DNA of 64,000 bases from the sequence record MK250019.1, one strand, 5' to 3'. The notes under the pieces are model-generated. The model did no database searches, was not told where the DNA came from, and saw only the letters and a program-made list of their open reading frames with translations. Shown here piece by piece: positions 22,719-34,980 of this stretch. Position 1 is the first letter of the stretch; the number at the start of each line of letters is the position of its first letter. The translations under genes and the position numbers were made by a program.

Positions 22719-23181
22719 ATGGATGTTAGAAAAATATTAGATAATATTACCAAATATATAGGTGATTATATTGCATCACATGCAGATAGAAATGAACTAT
22801 TGAATAGTTATAATACTATAACAAAAATTGATAGTGCAATTAAAAATATTGATAGTACATTGGAAACAATAGATGATAATGAATTATCAGATCGATTAAA
22901 AGAATATAAACATAAGAAGGAAGAAGAAAAAGAAAAGATAATGGATGAATTACTGTATAAAGTATTACCTAAACCTTCTGTTATTGATATTAATGATTAT
23001 TCAACAGATGGAAGTAATTATTATACATTAAATAGTAAGGAAAAAAAATACACTAAATTTTAAAGAAGTAATTAAAGAAAAACCAAAAGAAAAACCAATA
23101 ACTACCAGAGATTATTATGAAACATATTCAGGTGGATGTGGAAATACATATGGTGGTTTTTCTCGTTCTGGAGGATGTTAA
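22719..23181 (+). CDS. coiled-coil protein; frame 0 stops at 23063, and a +1 shift at an A8 run extends it to a Gly/Cys-rich tail ending 23181
   Basis: A8 at 23041-23048. The +1 frame is open to TAA 23179-23181 and encodes ...YSGGCGNTYGGFSRSGGC. Confidence 0.5.
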
Positions 23182-23336
23182 ATAATAAATTAAATAAATT
23201 AATAAACTAATAAATTATGAAATTTTTATTTTTTATATTTTTTATGTACATTATTATAAAGTTATTTAATAACAATAATAATAATTCAAATTTAAGTTTA
23301 AATTAAATGAGTATACTATTTTAAATAAAGCACATT

Positions 23337-24272
23337 ATGACAAAAGATGATTTAATAAAGAAATTTCCTATACCACAATTTAGTAAGTTTCCTGATAACA
23401 AAATAAATGAATTAATAGATTTATGCCTTGATACAGCAAAATCATATCATCAGATAAATGAGATAATTTATAATTATATCAAATATAATTTTGCACATTC
23501 AACATATTTGATATATGAAAGTGATACAGTTGATGGAGAACTGTCAAAAGATGAATTTGAAAATAATTTCAATTATGAAAGTTTTAATGCATGGTATTAT
23601 GGATATTTGTCTAAAGATAATTATAATACATTGTTAAAGTATGGTGAATATTTAAATGGAAGAACAATAGATATTCCTACATATTCAATACAAGATTGGA
23701 TTAAAGATGTTGAAATTTATTTTAAGTTAACACATAAATCTCATAGAACATTATTTGATGCATGTAAACTTATTTCTGATATTGTATATAAAGATGTTTT
23801 TGATGAGAATTACCAAAGTCTTAGAACAAAGTATCATACTAAACAAACATTAATGCTTCAGGGATTGGGTATTCTGTTGAAACAGAATTCAATGTCGAAA
23901 GTAACAAATGAAAATAAAGAAAAGTTTTATAAAGAATTAATGAAATATTTCATGTATCCTAAATATTTTGGTTATATGAAAGAAAATTACAGATATTCAT
24001 TATCAAAGAAAAAACTTCCAAAGAAGACAAAGAAATTTTTACATAATCCTATGGTAAACAATATATCCGGTCGAAATAGATTTAATAAGATTAAACAGAA
24101 TCTTTTTTATAATCGTATATATTCTGATTATGGACCATATGGAGAATTTCTTAATATATTCAGAAACGCAGGAATATCAGATGAGATTGCAAGAAAAATT
24201 TGTCCTTGGAAAGAATCTGCTATGATTAATTTTGAGGATATGTCAGTTGTTGTAAATGGTATATATTATTAA
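23337..24272 (+). CDS. hypothetical protein
   Basis: 311-aa ATG-TAA ORF. Confidence 0.7.
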   Translation: MTKDDLIKKFPIPQFSKFPDNKINELIDLCLDTAKSYHQINEIIYNYIKYNFAHSTYLIYESDTVDGELSKDEFENNFNYESFNAWYYGYLSKDNYNTLLKYGEYLNGRTIDIPTYSIQDWIKDVEIYFKLTHKSHRTLFDACKLISDIVYKDVFDENYQSLRTKYHTKQTLMLQGLGILLKQNSMSKVTNENKEKFYKELMKYFMYPKYFGYMKENYRYSLSKKKLPKKTKKFLHNPMVNNISGRNRFNKIKQNLFYNRIYSDYGPYGEFLNIFRNAGISDEIARKICPWKESAMINFEDMSVVVNGIYY

Positions 24273-24273
24273 T

Positions 24274-25299
24274 ATGAATGATAATCAATAGATAAATGAT
24301 GATTATATAGTTTCTTTATTTTTTACAAGTAAAACAAATCCAAATAGAATAAGGAAAACAACATCATACATTATAGATAATAATGATGATATAAAAAATT
24401 ATCTTATAAATAGGTTTCCTGATTTCAGAAATGATTTTAAAGAAGTTTTACACAGAATAAAATATAACATAGAAGAAATACCAAAATGTCCTGTATGCGG
24501 TAAACCATTAAAGTATTATGGTCTTTCTTCTATGCTATATGGTAAAACATGTTCTAGGAAATGTCAATATGAATATATGAAAACAGAAGAGTTCCAAAGT
24601 AAAATGGATTATACATCATATATGAGTAATCCAGAAAACATTAAAAGAATACAAGAAAAAAGGAAACAGAAAATTGATGAAATAAAAGAAAAAACAAAAA
24701 GAACTCTTCTTGAACGATATGGTGATTCACACTATAATAATCGAAATAAATGTAGACAAACATGTTTAGAAAAATATGGTGTTTTTAATCCGGAAAAAGT
24801 AAAGAAAACGAATATAGAGAAATATGGTGTCGAAAAACCATTTATGTCATCTGATATACAAAATAAAGTTAGAGATAAAATAGATATTATTTTACAAAAA
24901 GCAAATAATACTAAACGTATAAATGGAACATTTAATTCATCAAATACAGAGAAAATTTCTAAAACATTATTAATCGAAAAATTTGGTGTGAATAATGTAA
25001 TTGAACAATATAAATCAGATTTATATCCATTTTATTGTGATTTCTATATTAAAAATTTAGATTTATATATTGAATGTAACTATCATTGGACACATGGTGG
25101 ACATATATTTAATAAAGATAATATAAATGATATTGAAAAATTAAATAAATGGAAGCAAAAGAATACAAAATTTTATAATAATGCTATAGAAGTATGGACT
25201 AAACGAGATCAATTAAAAATAAAAACAGCAAAAGATAATAATTTAAATTATAAAGCATTTTATTCATTAGACGAATTAAAACAATATTTAGAAATTTAA
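24274..25299 (+). CDS. free-standing homing-endonuclease-like protein (zinc ribbon + EKYG repeats + PD-(D/E)xK/Vsr-like domain)
   Basis: ATG 24274 reads through one TAG into the track ORF. Motifs CPVCGKP, CSRKC, repeated LEKYG/IEKYG and YCDFYIKNLDLYIECN..HGG. Confidence 0.75.
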
Positions 25300-25333
25300 T
25301 TATAAATATAAGAAATAAAATTTTAATTATTAA

Positions 25334-26758
25334 ATGAAAGTAACAACAAAGAAAGCTAAAGGTTTAGATGCACATATTATTAATGATAGTAATAAAAAAA
25401 TAGTAAGAACTATAACAGATTTTTTAAATACAGATTATAAAGATTATACAAAGTATGTAATTGCAACACGAGCATTACCTAGTTTACTAGACGGCTTTAA
25501 AGTAGGCGCAAGAAAAATTATGCATGCAGCTTTCCACGGAGGAATGAAAAACGGAAAGGAAATTAAGAATTTAAATCTTGTAGGTGATGTTTATAATTTA
25601 ACTCTGTACATGCATGGTGACGCTAGTTTAACAAACACTATATTCACCCTTGCAGCAGAATTTCGTGATAATCTTAATCCTATTACTATAACAGGTCAGC
25701 ATGGTTCATTACGAGATGAAAAAGCCGTTTCTGCTCCTCGTTATCTTTTCTGTAAGTTATCACCATATGCAAATTTATATAAAGCAGATGAGGATCTTTT
25801 GGAATATGTGTTTGATGAAGGTACATATCTTGAGCCTGTAAATTATTGGCCAATTATTCCTACTGTAATTACATCTAGATCAGAAGGTATGGCACCTGGT
25901 TATAAATTCAGTTCATTTTCATATAATCCTGTTGATGTTATTGATGCATGTATTGAAATGTTGAATACTGGTGATATTAAAGAAACTGTGATTAGACCAT
26001 ATGTTAGAGGTATTAGTGAAGATAGGTTTACATTTGATACAGACGTAAATAAATGGTTAAATTCTGGTGTGTATAAAGTAGATATTAAGAATGATATATT
26101 TCAGGTAACTGATTTGCCATATGATACAGGTTTTGATAAGTTTGAGAAACGTCTTAATGATATGGTTGAAAAAGGATTTCTTAAAGATTGGAAGAATTAT
26201 TCACAGGATGATAAGTTGAATTATTGGTTAATTTTCCCTAAGAAACAACTTGAGCGTGAGATGAAACCAGATCGAAAAGATAAACTTTTTAAGAAAATAG
26301 GACTATATACATATGTACCAGATGATTTGTTATATGTTCTTGATGAAAATAAGAAGGTAAAACATTTCATTAATAAAGAAGAACTTATAAAGTATTTTGT
26401 TAATATTCGTCTTAATAAGTATAATGATCGAAAAGATCGGTTAGTTACTGTTATGGAGAAACGATATGAAGATAACAACAATCTTTGTAGATTCATTGAA
26501 TTGGTTAATAATGGAGATTTGATTATTTCTAACAGAAAGAGAAAGGATGTTGTAGCAGATTTGAAGAAATATGATTTACCTGATTCTGTTTTACAAATTC
26601 AAATTTCTAAGTTAACTGATGAAGAGAAAAAAGAATTAATTAAGAAAAACAAAGAGATAGAAAAAGAGCTTAAGTATATTAAGAAAACAACCATAAAGGA
26701 TATGTATCTTGATGATTTGAGGAATTTAAGAAAGACTCTTGAAACTGAATTTTGTTAA
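25334..26758 (+). CDS. type IIA DNA topoisomerase, cleavage subunit (T4 gp52-like)
   Basis: RALPSLLDGFK..ARKI, YMHGDASL, G.HGS and catalytic SAPRY. Confidence 0.95.
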   Translation: MKVTTKKAKGLDAHIINDSNKKIVRTITDFLNTDYKDYTKYVIATRALPSLLDGFKVGARKIMHAAFHGGMKNGKEIKNLNLVGDVYNLTLYMHGDASLTNTIFTLAAEFRDNLNPITITGQHGSLRDEKAVSAPRYLFCKLSPYANLYKADEDLLEYVFDEGTYLEPVNYWPIIPTVITSRSEGMAPGYKFSSFSYNPVDVIDACIEMLNTGDIKETVIRPYVRGISEDRFTFDTDVNKWLNSGVYKVDIKNDIFQVTDLPYDTGFDKFEKRLNDMVEKGFLKDWKNYSQDDKLNYWLIFPKKQLEREMKPDRKDKLFKKIGLYTYVPDDLLYVLDENKKVKHFINKEELIKYFVNIRLNKYNDRKDRLVTVMEKRYEDNNNLCRFIELVNNGDLIISNRKRKDVVADLKKYDLPDSVLQIQISKLTDEEKKELIKKNKEIEKELKYIKKTTIKDMYLDDLRNLRKTLETEFC

Positions 26759-27561
26759 TGGAAAATTTATTTGATGACGATATTTTATTAAATGATGATA
26801 ATGATGTTACTTCAGTGTTTGGTGATACTGCGGTAACATCATTATCTAATTTAGTTAATGATAATTTGAATTATCTTAAATTCAATAGTTATATAAATAA
26901 TGATATTTATAAACGACATAATGCTTTTTATGCTTATATGGATTCATTTGAAGGCTATGGACAATATAAAAATTATTTTGACGTTGTGACATTTGATGTT
27001 AATAGACCTTATAGTATTTCATTGAATGTAAAGGGATTATTAGGTGAAAAATATCACTGTAGACATTATAAGAATTGTTTATTAGGTGTTATAGATACTA
27101 ATATAATTAAAGCTATACCACATATTACAAATATTAATATAGAACCTTTATATGATTTTTATGAAGTAAATGAAAAATGTACGAAATTTTTAATATTCAT
27201 GACATTATCAAAATATCGTGATAAAAATAAAAGTAATTTAATAGATGATGAATTTATTGAGAATATAAAAGAGTTTATATTAAATTTTAAAGATAATAAC
27301 ATATATTATGAATTAGTATTTGAAAATGTTGTATTTGAATTTGAATCAATTAAAAAACTTAATAATTTATTACCATCTAATATAAAAATTCAAATAACAG
27401 GAGATTGTAAAATACATCTACCAGATAATATTATTGCTAAATATAAACAAATTCAACAAGATATGCAAATTTCATTATTTGCTAATACATATCCAGACTT
27501 TGATGATTGTGATAATATTACATTTAATATATTTTCAGTACTTAAAGATTTGAGATATTAA
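26758..27561 (+). CDS. hypothetical protein with an acidic ENLFDDD leader
   Basis: ATG at 26758 overlaps the topoisomerase stop codon. Confidence 0.65.
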   Translation: MENLFDDDILLNDDNDVTSVFGDTAVTSLSNLVNDNLNYLKFNSYINNDIYKRHNAFYAYMDSFEGYGQYKNYFDVVTFDVNRPYSISLNVKGLLGEKYHCRHYKNCLLGVIDTNIIKAIPHITNINIEPLYDFYEVNEKCTKFLIFMTLSKYRDKNKSNLIDDEFIENIKEFILNFKDNNIYYELVFENVVFEFESIKKLNNLLPSNIKIQITGDCKIHLPDNIIAKYKQIQQDMQISLFANTYPDFDDCDNITFNIFSVLKDLRY

Positions 27562-27860
27562 AATAAAGAATTCGAATTAATATTATCATTGATAATTTCA
27601 TATGCATGAGAAATAAATGAATCAATATCAGAATCTTCTTTGAGAATAACTTTTGTTTGTAACATATCTAAATATCCTTTATTAATATTTTCATAAATAG
27701 GAATTTTATTTTTCTCAAAATCTTTATGAATAATAATATATGGACAAAAACTAAATTCAGATAAATATGATTCTTGATAACCAATGTTATGGAGTTTAGA
27801 TAATAGTTTATTTAAGTCAGATACATTATTAATATGAATATAGTATATTTTATAAAACAT
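27558..27860 (-). CDS. hypothetical protein
   Basis: 100-aa ORF. Confidence 0.55.
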   Translation of the reverse strand: MFYKIYYIHINNVSDLNKLLSKLHNIGYQESYLSEFSFCPYIIIHKDFEKNKIPIYENINKGYLDMLQTKVILKEDSDIDSFISHAYEIINDNINSNSLF

Positions 27861-27918
27861 TTTATTTAAATTATTTATAAATTATATAGTTAAATTAACG
27901 AAAAGATTATAAAAAGTA

Positions 27919-28269
27919 ATGAAAAAAGATAAAACTCGACAATTATATAATACATATACAGGAAAAGAGAAAATAGAATTATTTAATCGTTATTATGGGA
28001 AAATATATTTAGAACCGATTTCAGAAGATTCATATCAATTAATTGGTCCAGAAAATATTTATACATTTATGAGAGTTGGATTTAAGGATTTAGGTAAAGC
28101 TCGTACGGATTATACTAATATAGAGTTTATAGATCCAGATGGTGGTCCATATATTTCAGTTGGAAGTATTATAGGTACTCATAATGAAATTATAACAAAT
28201 ATTATATGTATTAAAGTAGAAAAAAAAGCCGTTTATATTATAGAAGTAAAAAAGGAAGATCATAAATAA
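27919..28269 (+). CDS. hypothetical protein
   Basis: 116 aa containing FIDPDGGPYI; ends in a hairpin at about 28250-28282. Confidence 0.6.
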   Translation: MKKDKTRQLYNTYTGKEKIELFNRYYGKIYLEPISEDSYQLIGPENIYTFMRVGFKDLGKARTDYTNIEFIDPDGGPYISVGSIIGTHNEIITNIICIKVEKKAVYIIEVKKEDHK

Positions 28270-28288
28270 TGATCTTCCTTTTATTATT

Positions 28289-29437
28289 TTAATCAAAAAT
28301 ATCATGAAAATGTTCTAATGTTTCATCTGTTAACCTAACAATTACACATGAATCAATTTTATTACCTATACTATATCTATCAGTATTTTCATTATTACAT
28401 TTACTAAGAATCTCAGAATTAATATTTTTATAGAAATAAAATGTTAATCCATTTTTTGTTAATTCATATACAGCATTATCATCATCTTTTTCTATATCGT
28501 TTAACGGATATATATTTTTCTGTAATAACCAAATTAAAAACGTAGGTATATTATATTCTTTTGAATTTTTACATAAATTTACTTGACGTTTCCAATTAAA
28601 ATAAACTATACCATATGGTTCATTTTTATCATCAATATAAAAACTATTATCTCTAATAACATTTAAAGTTCCTAGTTTTTTATAACGTGATTTTAAAAAT
28701 GATATACGTTTATTTATATCTTTTGTTTTAATAATAATATCTTTCTAGTTATTATCATCTTTTTCTTCATATATAACTTTACCTGTTAATTTAAGAATTC
28801 CTGTAAATGTTGATTCATTATAATTATATGGAATACCACATCCAGAAGGTGACTGATATGATAACATTATACCTTCATCTTCAGATAATAAAATCGTTTT
28901 ATATGTTGGATCATTTCTAAAACACTCTTGAACAATTTCAGGCATTGCAGGAAATATTTTATTAACCCAATTGTCATATTCATGTTCTAATTTTAAATAA
29001 CCACAATTTGCATATAACTCACTATCTTTAGGTGGTAATCCTCGTGTAAGTCCAAGTGATTCCTTTTCTTTACATTTACCATCATAAAATGATAAATTAT
29101 TAACAAATGCATAAGGACAATTTGATACTCTATATACATTAAATTTTTTCTTTTTTAATGCATCCATCATATCTTCTAATGCTTTATCTGGATATAAAGA
29201 ACCCTTTCTGCCTCTATGTACAAGAACCTCTTTGTTATTTATCTTTTCATATTTCCAACTACGTGGTTTATCGATACCGAGAAGATCTACCACAATTGGT
29301 TTTAAATCATTTTCTGCGAATCGAGCAGATAAATCAGTATCGATTGAACCTGTAGTTTCATCGGATAATATATCATCATCAAATAAATCTGAAAATGATT
29401 CAAATAATTTCAATAAATTATATATATTCTTTTTCAT
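28289..29437 (-). CDS. 382-aa protein (code 15) with an LFESFSDLFDDD leader
   Basis: Track ORF 28745..29437 continues through TAG to TAA at 28289. Confidence 0.7.
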
Positions 29438-29467
29438 ATTTTTAATTATTTTATTATGATATATTTA

Positions 29468-32400
29468 TTATGCAAGTACTAATAAGATAGGAGTTAATGT
29501 AGCTGATTTCCATGTTGCATAGAATGTAGTATCAGCAGTAATAGGAGATGAATTACCAGATGTATTACCAGATGTTGCAGTGGAGGATGTTGCCCAACCA
29601 TTAAATGTATAACCTGTTTTAACTGGTGTATATTTTGTAAAGCTAACAGTACTTTTATCATGAACAGTTTCTGTTTTATTTGATGTGTCACCATTTATAT
29701 TACCACCTTGAAGATTCCATGTTACAGTCCATCTTTGTTGCCATAATGCATAATATGTAATTGAACTATTTATTGTAGCAGAACTACCAACATAGTTTCC
29801 ACTAGGAGCAGCGCCCCATCCTTTAAAACTATAACCCGTACGTGTAGGATTATAATTTCCCAAATTAAATATTCCTTTTACATATGTAATATATGGACTT
29901 GATGAAGTATATGCTTTACCATTAACAGTTAATGTACCGTTATTTGGATTAAGAGTTACTTTATATCCAGAAATAGTTAATACTGCATATACAGTTATAT
30001 CTTTTGTTACCTATGTTGTTGATGTAGATAACAATACCCCGTTAGCAGGAAGCGTATACCAAGCCGCTGTATATCTTATAGTATCTCCACTATTTTTAAT
30101 TGGATTTGCAAATTCAGCAGGTGCTGTTAACTATTTATATTGTGTACCATGTGTAACACTAGATGTTTTATTTTGTGTTGTATTATCTTTCCAAATTGCA
30201 ATTGAAGCATTAGTATTTGCCCATGTTACCGTATATGTATTAGCTGAACTTGTATATATAGCATAAAAATTAAAAGTTGAGCTTGTTGTAGTTAATGTAT
30301 ATGGAAATGTAACTACATTACCATTTGTAGTTAAAGACCAACCTTTAAATTTATAAGTCGTTGTAGTATCTGCTGTTTTTGATGGACTTGATGAATATGC
30401 AGAAATAGAATCTCCATAATTTTTCTTTTCTGATTTCTATGTAGAACCATCACTAAAAGTACCACCGTTTGAATTCCAATATACAGTTTTTTGAGTAACT
30501 GTATACATTGCATTAAATTGTATAGCAGTTGTACCTAATGTAATACTTACAGGAAATTTTGTATAATATGTACTATTATAATACCATCCAAGAAATGTAT
30601 TACCTGTTTTACTAGGAGTATTTTTATAACCTATATCAGATGGCTAACATTTAATCGCTCCAGGATTATGATAATCATATATTGCATTACTTGTTGATGT
30701 TCCGCCTGATGCTGGTGAAAGTTGTCCACCCGTTGGATCCCAAGAAACTTTTACATAACCAGTAGAAGCTGTGCTCCAACGAGCATATAAATTTATATCA
30801 CCAGTTAATAAAGATCCACTTGTTACTGCAGTACCTGTTGTTGTTGTTGAATAGTTACCAAGGAATACATATTTTAAATTACTACCTTCCGTCCATATAG
30901 GTGTTTCATCTGGTTTTAATTTGGTATATGGTGTATCTTTACTAAATTTCTTTGTAATTGATTCATTACCAGTAGTTTTACTCCATTTTGCATATGTATT
31001 GTTTTTATGAAATGTCACTGTATATAATGTTGTATTACCTGTTTGTGATGCTGTTGCAGTATCTGAATAAGTACTATATTTTCCAGTAAATGTATATGTT
31101 CTATTTTTTGTACTTGACTATATATTTGGTATAATTGGGTTGTTACTACTAAAAGAGAATGCATGACTGGAAGATTCTCCTGAAATATAATATACTCCTG
31201 TAAATTTTGTTGAACTTGTTACATCAGTATTTGTAGGATTCGTACTTGTAGCACCGGATGTCCATGTTACATTAAATTTTTTTATTAATGTTGCGGTTAA
31301 AGTAGCAGAACCACCTTTATAGTCAAATGAAGTTGGACTTACTGAAACAGATAAGTTTGTACTTGTTGGATTTGATGCTTGTGTACCACTATTTCCCTAT
31401 CTTGTTAATGTAATAGTTTTTGATGCTGTTAAAAACTTACCATTTGAGTCTTTAACATCATGCTATCTTCCATTATATGTATGTTTTAAATTTTTAATAT
31501 CAACTTTAAAATTTGTATACTAATTATCTGTAGCTTTTGGTGTAGTTCCTAATGAATTTGCAGTAAAAGATGTTGGTGTAAATGTATACATGGCTGTAGT
31601 TAAATCATTAAATGACCATGTAACTGTTTCTGTTACTGTCTTATTTTCCATAGACGTATAAGTCCAGTCATAAGTACCTTTCAATGTACAGTCTGTTGCA
31701 GTTATAGTTTTACCAGATGCAGGAAAATGATAACCAGATTTATCTTTAGTATAGCTATATTCTGTTATTTTCAGATTAGAATATATAAATGCTTTTGATT
31801 CATTTGGACCATCTAATTTCTATGAAACTGATACTTCATTTGATGTTATACCATCATACGTTGTTTTGAACTTTATTGTTCTTGCTGAAGTAGATGCAGG
31901 AATTTTATATGATGTTCCTTTAGTTGATGAAACACCAGTTATTCCAGTTATTGTATATGTCTAATTAGCATTAACTGCTTCAGGACCTTGATTTGCATCA
32001 CTTCCACCACCAGATGTTGAACCAGATGTATACTAATAAACAACTTTATTTAATGTATACTTTCTCTATAATGTAAATGTTACAGTTCCTCCTGAACTAT
32101 ATACTGTTGTAGGACTTACAGATAATATTACGCTGGTGGTTTTCTTTGATTCTGGTGTTTTAATTGTCTTAGTGTTTGCTGCTTGCTTAACTGTAAAACT
32201 AGGATGTGTTAATGTAACTCCATCAATTGTTGTTTGTTTCTGTGTTGTACCTCCTGCTGCTATAGTTTTAACATCAGTGACACCAGATTCTGTAGTGCCT
32301 TTTGTTGTAGCACTTACTGTAGAAAAGGTTATATTTTCTGTTACATTTTCTGTTTCACCTGTATTATATGTTTTCCTGAAAGTTAATGTACCCGAACTTA

Positions 32401-32920
32401 TATTTCCTCCGCTTGCAGGAATTAAATTTGTAGTAATACTTGCATTATCTAATTTAGTTACATACTTATCACGTTTTGTTTGCGTTACAGTAACTGTTAT
32501 AGAATAGCTTCCAGTTTCATCTGTATATTGTGCAGTATCTGTATATGTTCTGTCAGATGTTGCATTATCACGTTTTCCAAAAGTAAATGTAAATCCATCT
32601 TCTTTATTTCCTGTTGTATTTACTCTACAATCAGATGCTATTCCGCTAAATGATGGTATCAAATAATGTTTTTCAGTAACATGTGATATAACAAATCCTT
32701 CTCTAACTGTATTAGTTCTTTCAACCCAACATTTACAGTTGACTGTTGTTCCACCTTCCCATGATATAGATGGTATTGTTTGAGGCTCTTTATGTGTAGT
32801 CCATTTTCCATATGAAACTGTTTTCTTTACATAGAAACGTCTGGAAGTTTTCTGACCTTCCCAACACACACGTTGTTTTTTCTATACATCAACCGCTTTA
32901 TTATTATTTTTTATAATCAT
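29468..32920 (-). CDS. 1150-aa Thr/Ser-rich beta-repeat protein with Listeria-Bacteroides (Flg_new/InlB B-like) repeats; probable virion adhesin or decoration protein (code 15)
   Basis: ATG 32920 and track ORFs 32066..32869, 30644..31018 and 29468..29863 are in one frame ending in TAG. Repeats include PTRTGYSFKGW, PVKTGYTFNGW and TKTGNTFLGWY. Confidence 0.8.
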
Positions 32921-32943
32921 GTTTATTAATAAATAATCAATTT

Positions 32944-33960
32944 TTAGAACTAATCTTTATAAGCATTGTATGTTGCTATAATATCTTTCAAATGAATAGT
33001 TGGGAATTTTTGTAGTTTTCTTAATATATTAATAAAATCTTCTTTACTACTCATATTAATACGATAACTACCATATCTTCCATATTGACGTGTATAAGTT
33101 TTATTATATATTTTACGTCCTAATATAATAGTTAATAATATGTCATCATTAAACTATAATTGTAAATCTTTTATATTTCTATTCTTCGCACATATAAATA
33201 AAGCTGCTAATCGTGCAACCATCTTATCTGCCTTTGTAATCTTATCAAAACCACTGAAATTTCTTGTATCTATACATTTATTCATACGGTCAATATCTTT
33301 CTGAACTACTTTATATACTTTTCCTGTACATGTTAATTCATCTGTAATTCTCTATGTATTAAATACTTGTTCAACAGATTCCATTAATACTTCACCTATC
33401 TATTTTTGATACTCATTAATATCAAAATATGTCTTATTATAAGATTCAATAAATTTATTAACTGGTGCAGTATAAGAAGAACTTTGATTAATACGTAAAA
33501 CTATTTTATCATTAACATCAGGAAATTTAACACACCATGCACGAAATTCTCTAGATTTATTTCTATATACTGCTTCGTATGGAATTATATAAATTTCAAA
33601 TGTGAAACTACCACCAATAACACATTTAAAATAACAACTGTTCGCCCTTTGAACTGATATATTACGTTGTTCATTATTAAACTAATCACAATCAATAGTA
33701 AAAGGAAGTTCGCTATGTTTCTGAACAGCATACATTATATCAGTAATAGTATCTAATACATTATTAACAAGATCGTATTTATTGATGAAATATTCATTTA
33801 CTTCATCTATATTATCACATTGTGCTAATGATGTAATTTTGACATTATCATTAATCATTTGAGAAACTTCCTATGTATCAGAATCTGTATCATCAACATA
33901 TATATCATTGAAATCATCATCAAATAAACTTTCGAGTAATTTCTTTATATTCTTATTCAT
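32944..33960 (-). CDS. 338-aa protein (code 15), absent from the ORF track
   Basis: Manual translation from ATG 33960 to TAA 32944 has only TAG interruptions. Leader KKLLESLFDDDFND. Confidence 0.75.
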
Positions 33961-34036
33961 ATAATAATTAAAATGTATTTTATTATTTATTTTTAGATAA
34001 TAATTCATGAAATATTTTTTTAATTAAAATATTATA

Positions 34037-34046
34037 TGTATCTTTG
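34037..34046 (+). promoter_or_regulatory. Bacteroidota-type -7 promoter element heading the unit that includes the TonB-dependent receptor
   Basis: TGTATCTTTG, intergenic. Confidence 0.75.
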
Positions 34047-34076
34047 AGTCACATAATAATTAATGAATAATATAAT

Positions 34077-34451
34077 ATGGTATTAAATATAGACGATTTT
34101 GAAGTATTGAAATTTTATGGGTATACAAGTCTAATACCTATAAATGCTCGTATTAATGAAGTGTCATCAATAGATGATAATCCTTGTGAACAGCTTCGTT
34201 ATAAAAAGTTAGAATCCTTTTATAATAAGGTAATTGAAAAAGCAAAGGAAAAATGTACAAATAAAAGTTTTCAGTATTGTCATTTTGAAGATAATAAATG
34301 TGTATTTTGTTTATCACATATTAAAACAGGTCATATTATCTATATAGGTAAATATGATTTTGAAATATCGATTGGTCTTGATTTTAAACAGCGTTTTGGT
34401 CCATCATATAATTTCTTATTTAATAAAGAATCATATAAGAATGAAGAGTAA
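34077..34451 (+). CDS. hypothetical protein
   Basis: 124-aa ORF. Confidence 0.6.
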   Translation: MVLNIDDFEVLKFYGYTSLIPINARINEVSSIDDNPCEQLRYKKLESFYNKVIEKAKEKCTNKSFQYCHFEDNKCVFCLSHIKTGHIIYIGKYDFEISIGLDFKQRFGPSYNFLFNKESYKNEE

Positions 34452-34581
34452 AAAATTTTTATCTAATTTAAATAATATAGAAACTTGCAAGAATTCATTG
34501 GTATTTCTTGCTATGGTATTTCTTATTATTTTAACATATGCAGGTATCATATGGTTTTCAGATTATTTGAATAATTATTAA
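34441..34581 (+). CDS. small membrane protein
   Basis: ATG 34441 (MKSKKF...) with one TM segment. Confidence 0.45.
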   Translation: MKSKKFLSNLNNIETCKNSLVFLAMVFLIILTYAGIIWFSDYLNNY

Positions 34582-34593
34582 AATTAAATACGT

Positions 34594-34926
34594 ATGGTTA
34601 TACATAAAGCAGAAAAATGTAATATTAATAATGTATCAGAGAATAAAATACATGATAGTACATCAGGTTATAATAGTTTAATTATATTTTTTATCATTAC
34701 TGTAATTACGGCAGTTGTATATGCAATAACAGTTTATCCTGCTGCATGTTCAAGAGAATCTGTAATTACAAATAAAGATACAGAAACAAAATTTAAAATG
34801 ATATTGAGAGACAAATATATTGATAATGTATTTCTTGAAAATATTAGTCAAAATTCATGGAATTCATTAGATGTATATGATTCAAATATGAAATCTCATA
34901 AAATTATTTGGAAAGAAGTAAAATAA
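34594..34926 (+). CDS. membrane protein
   Basis: 110 aa with one TM helix. Confidence 0.55.
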   Translation: MVIHKAEKCNINNVSENKIHDSTSGYNSLIIFFIITVITAVVYAITVYPAACSRESVITNKDTETKFKMILRDKYIDNVFLENISQNSWNSLDVYDSNMKSHKIIWKEVK

Positions 34927-34980
34927 TAAAGTAAAAAGAAAATATATTTAATAACTATTAATTTTAATAAAAAATAAAAA

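Noticed and set aside
34927-34980. TPP riboswitch upstream of the thiamine-type TBDR
   Set aside because: Only about 54 AT-rich nt separate it from the previous gene, with no CTGAGA or other TPP core motif.
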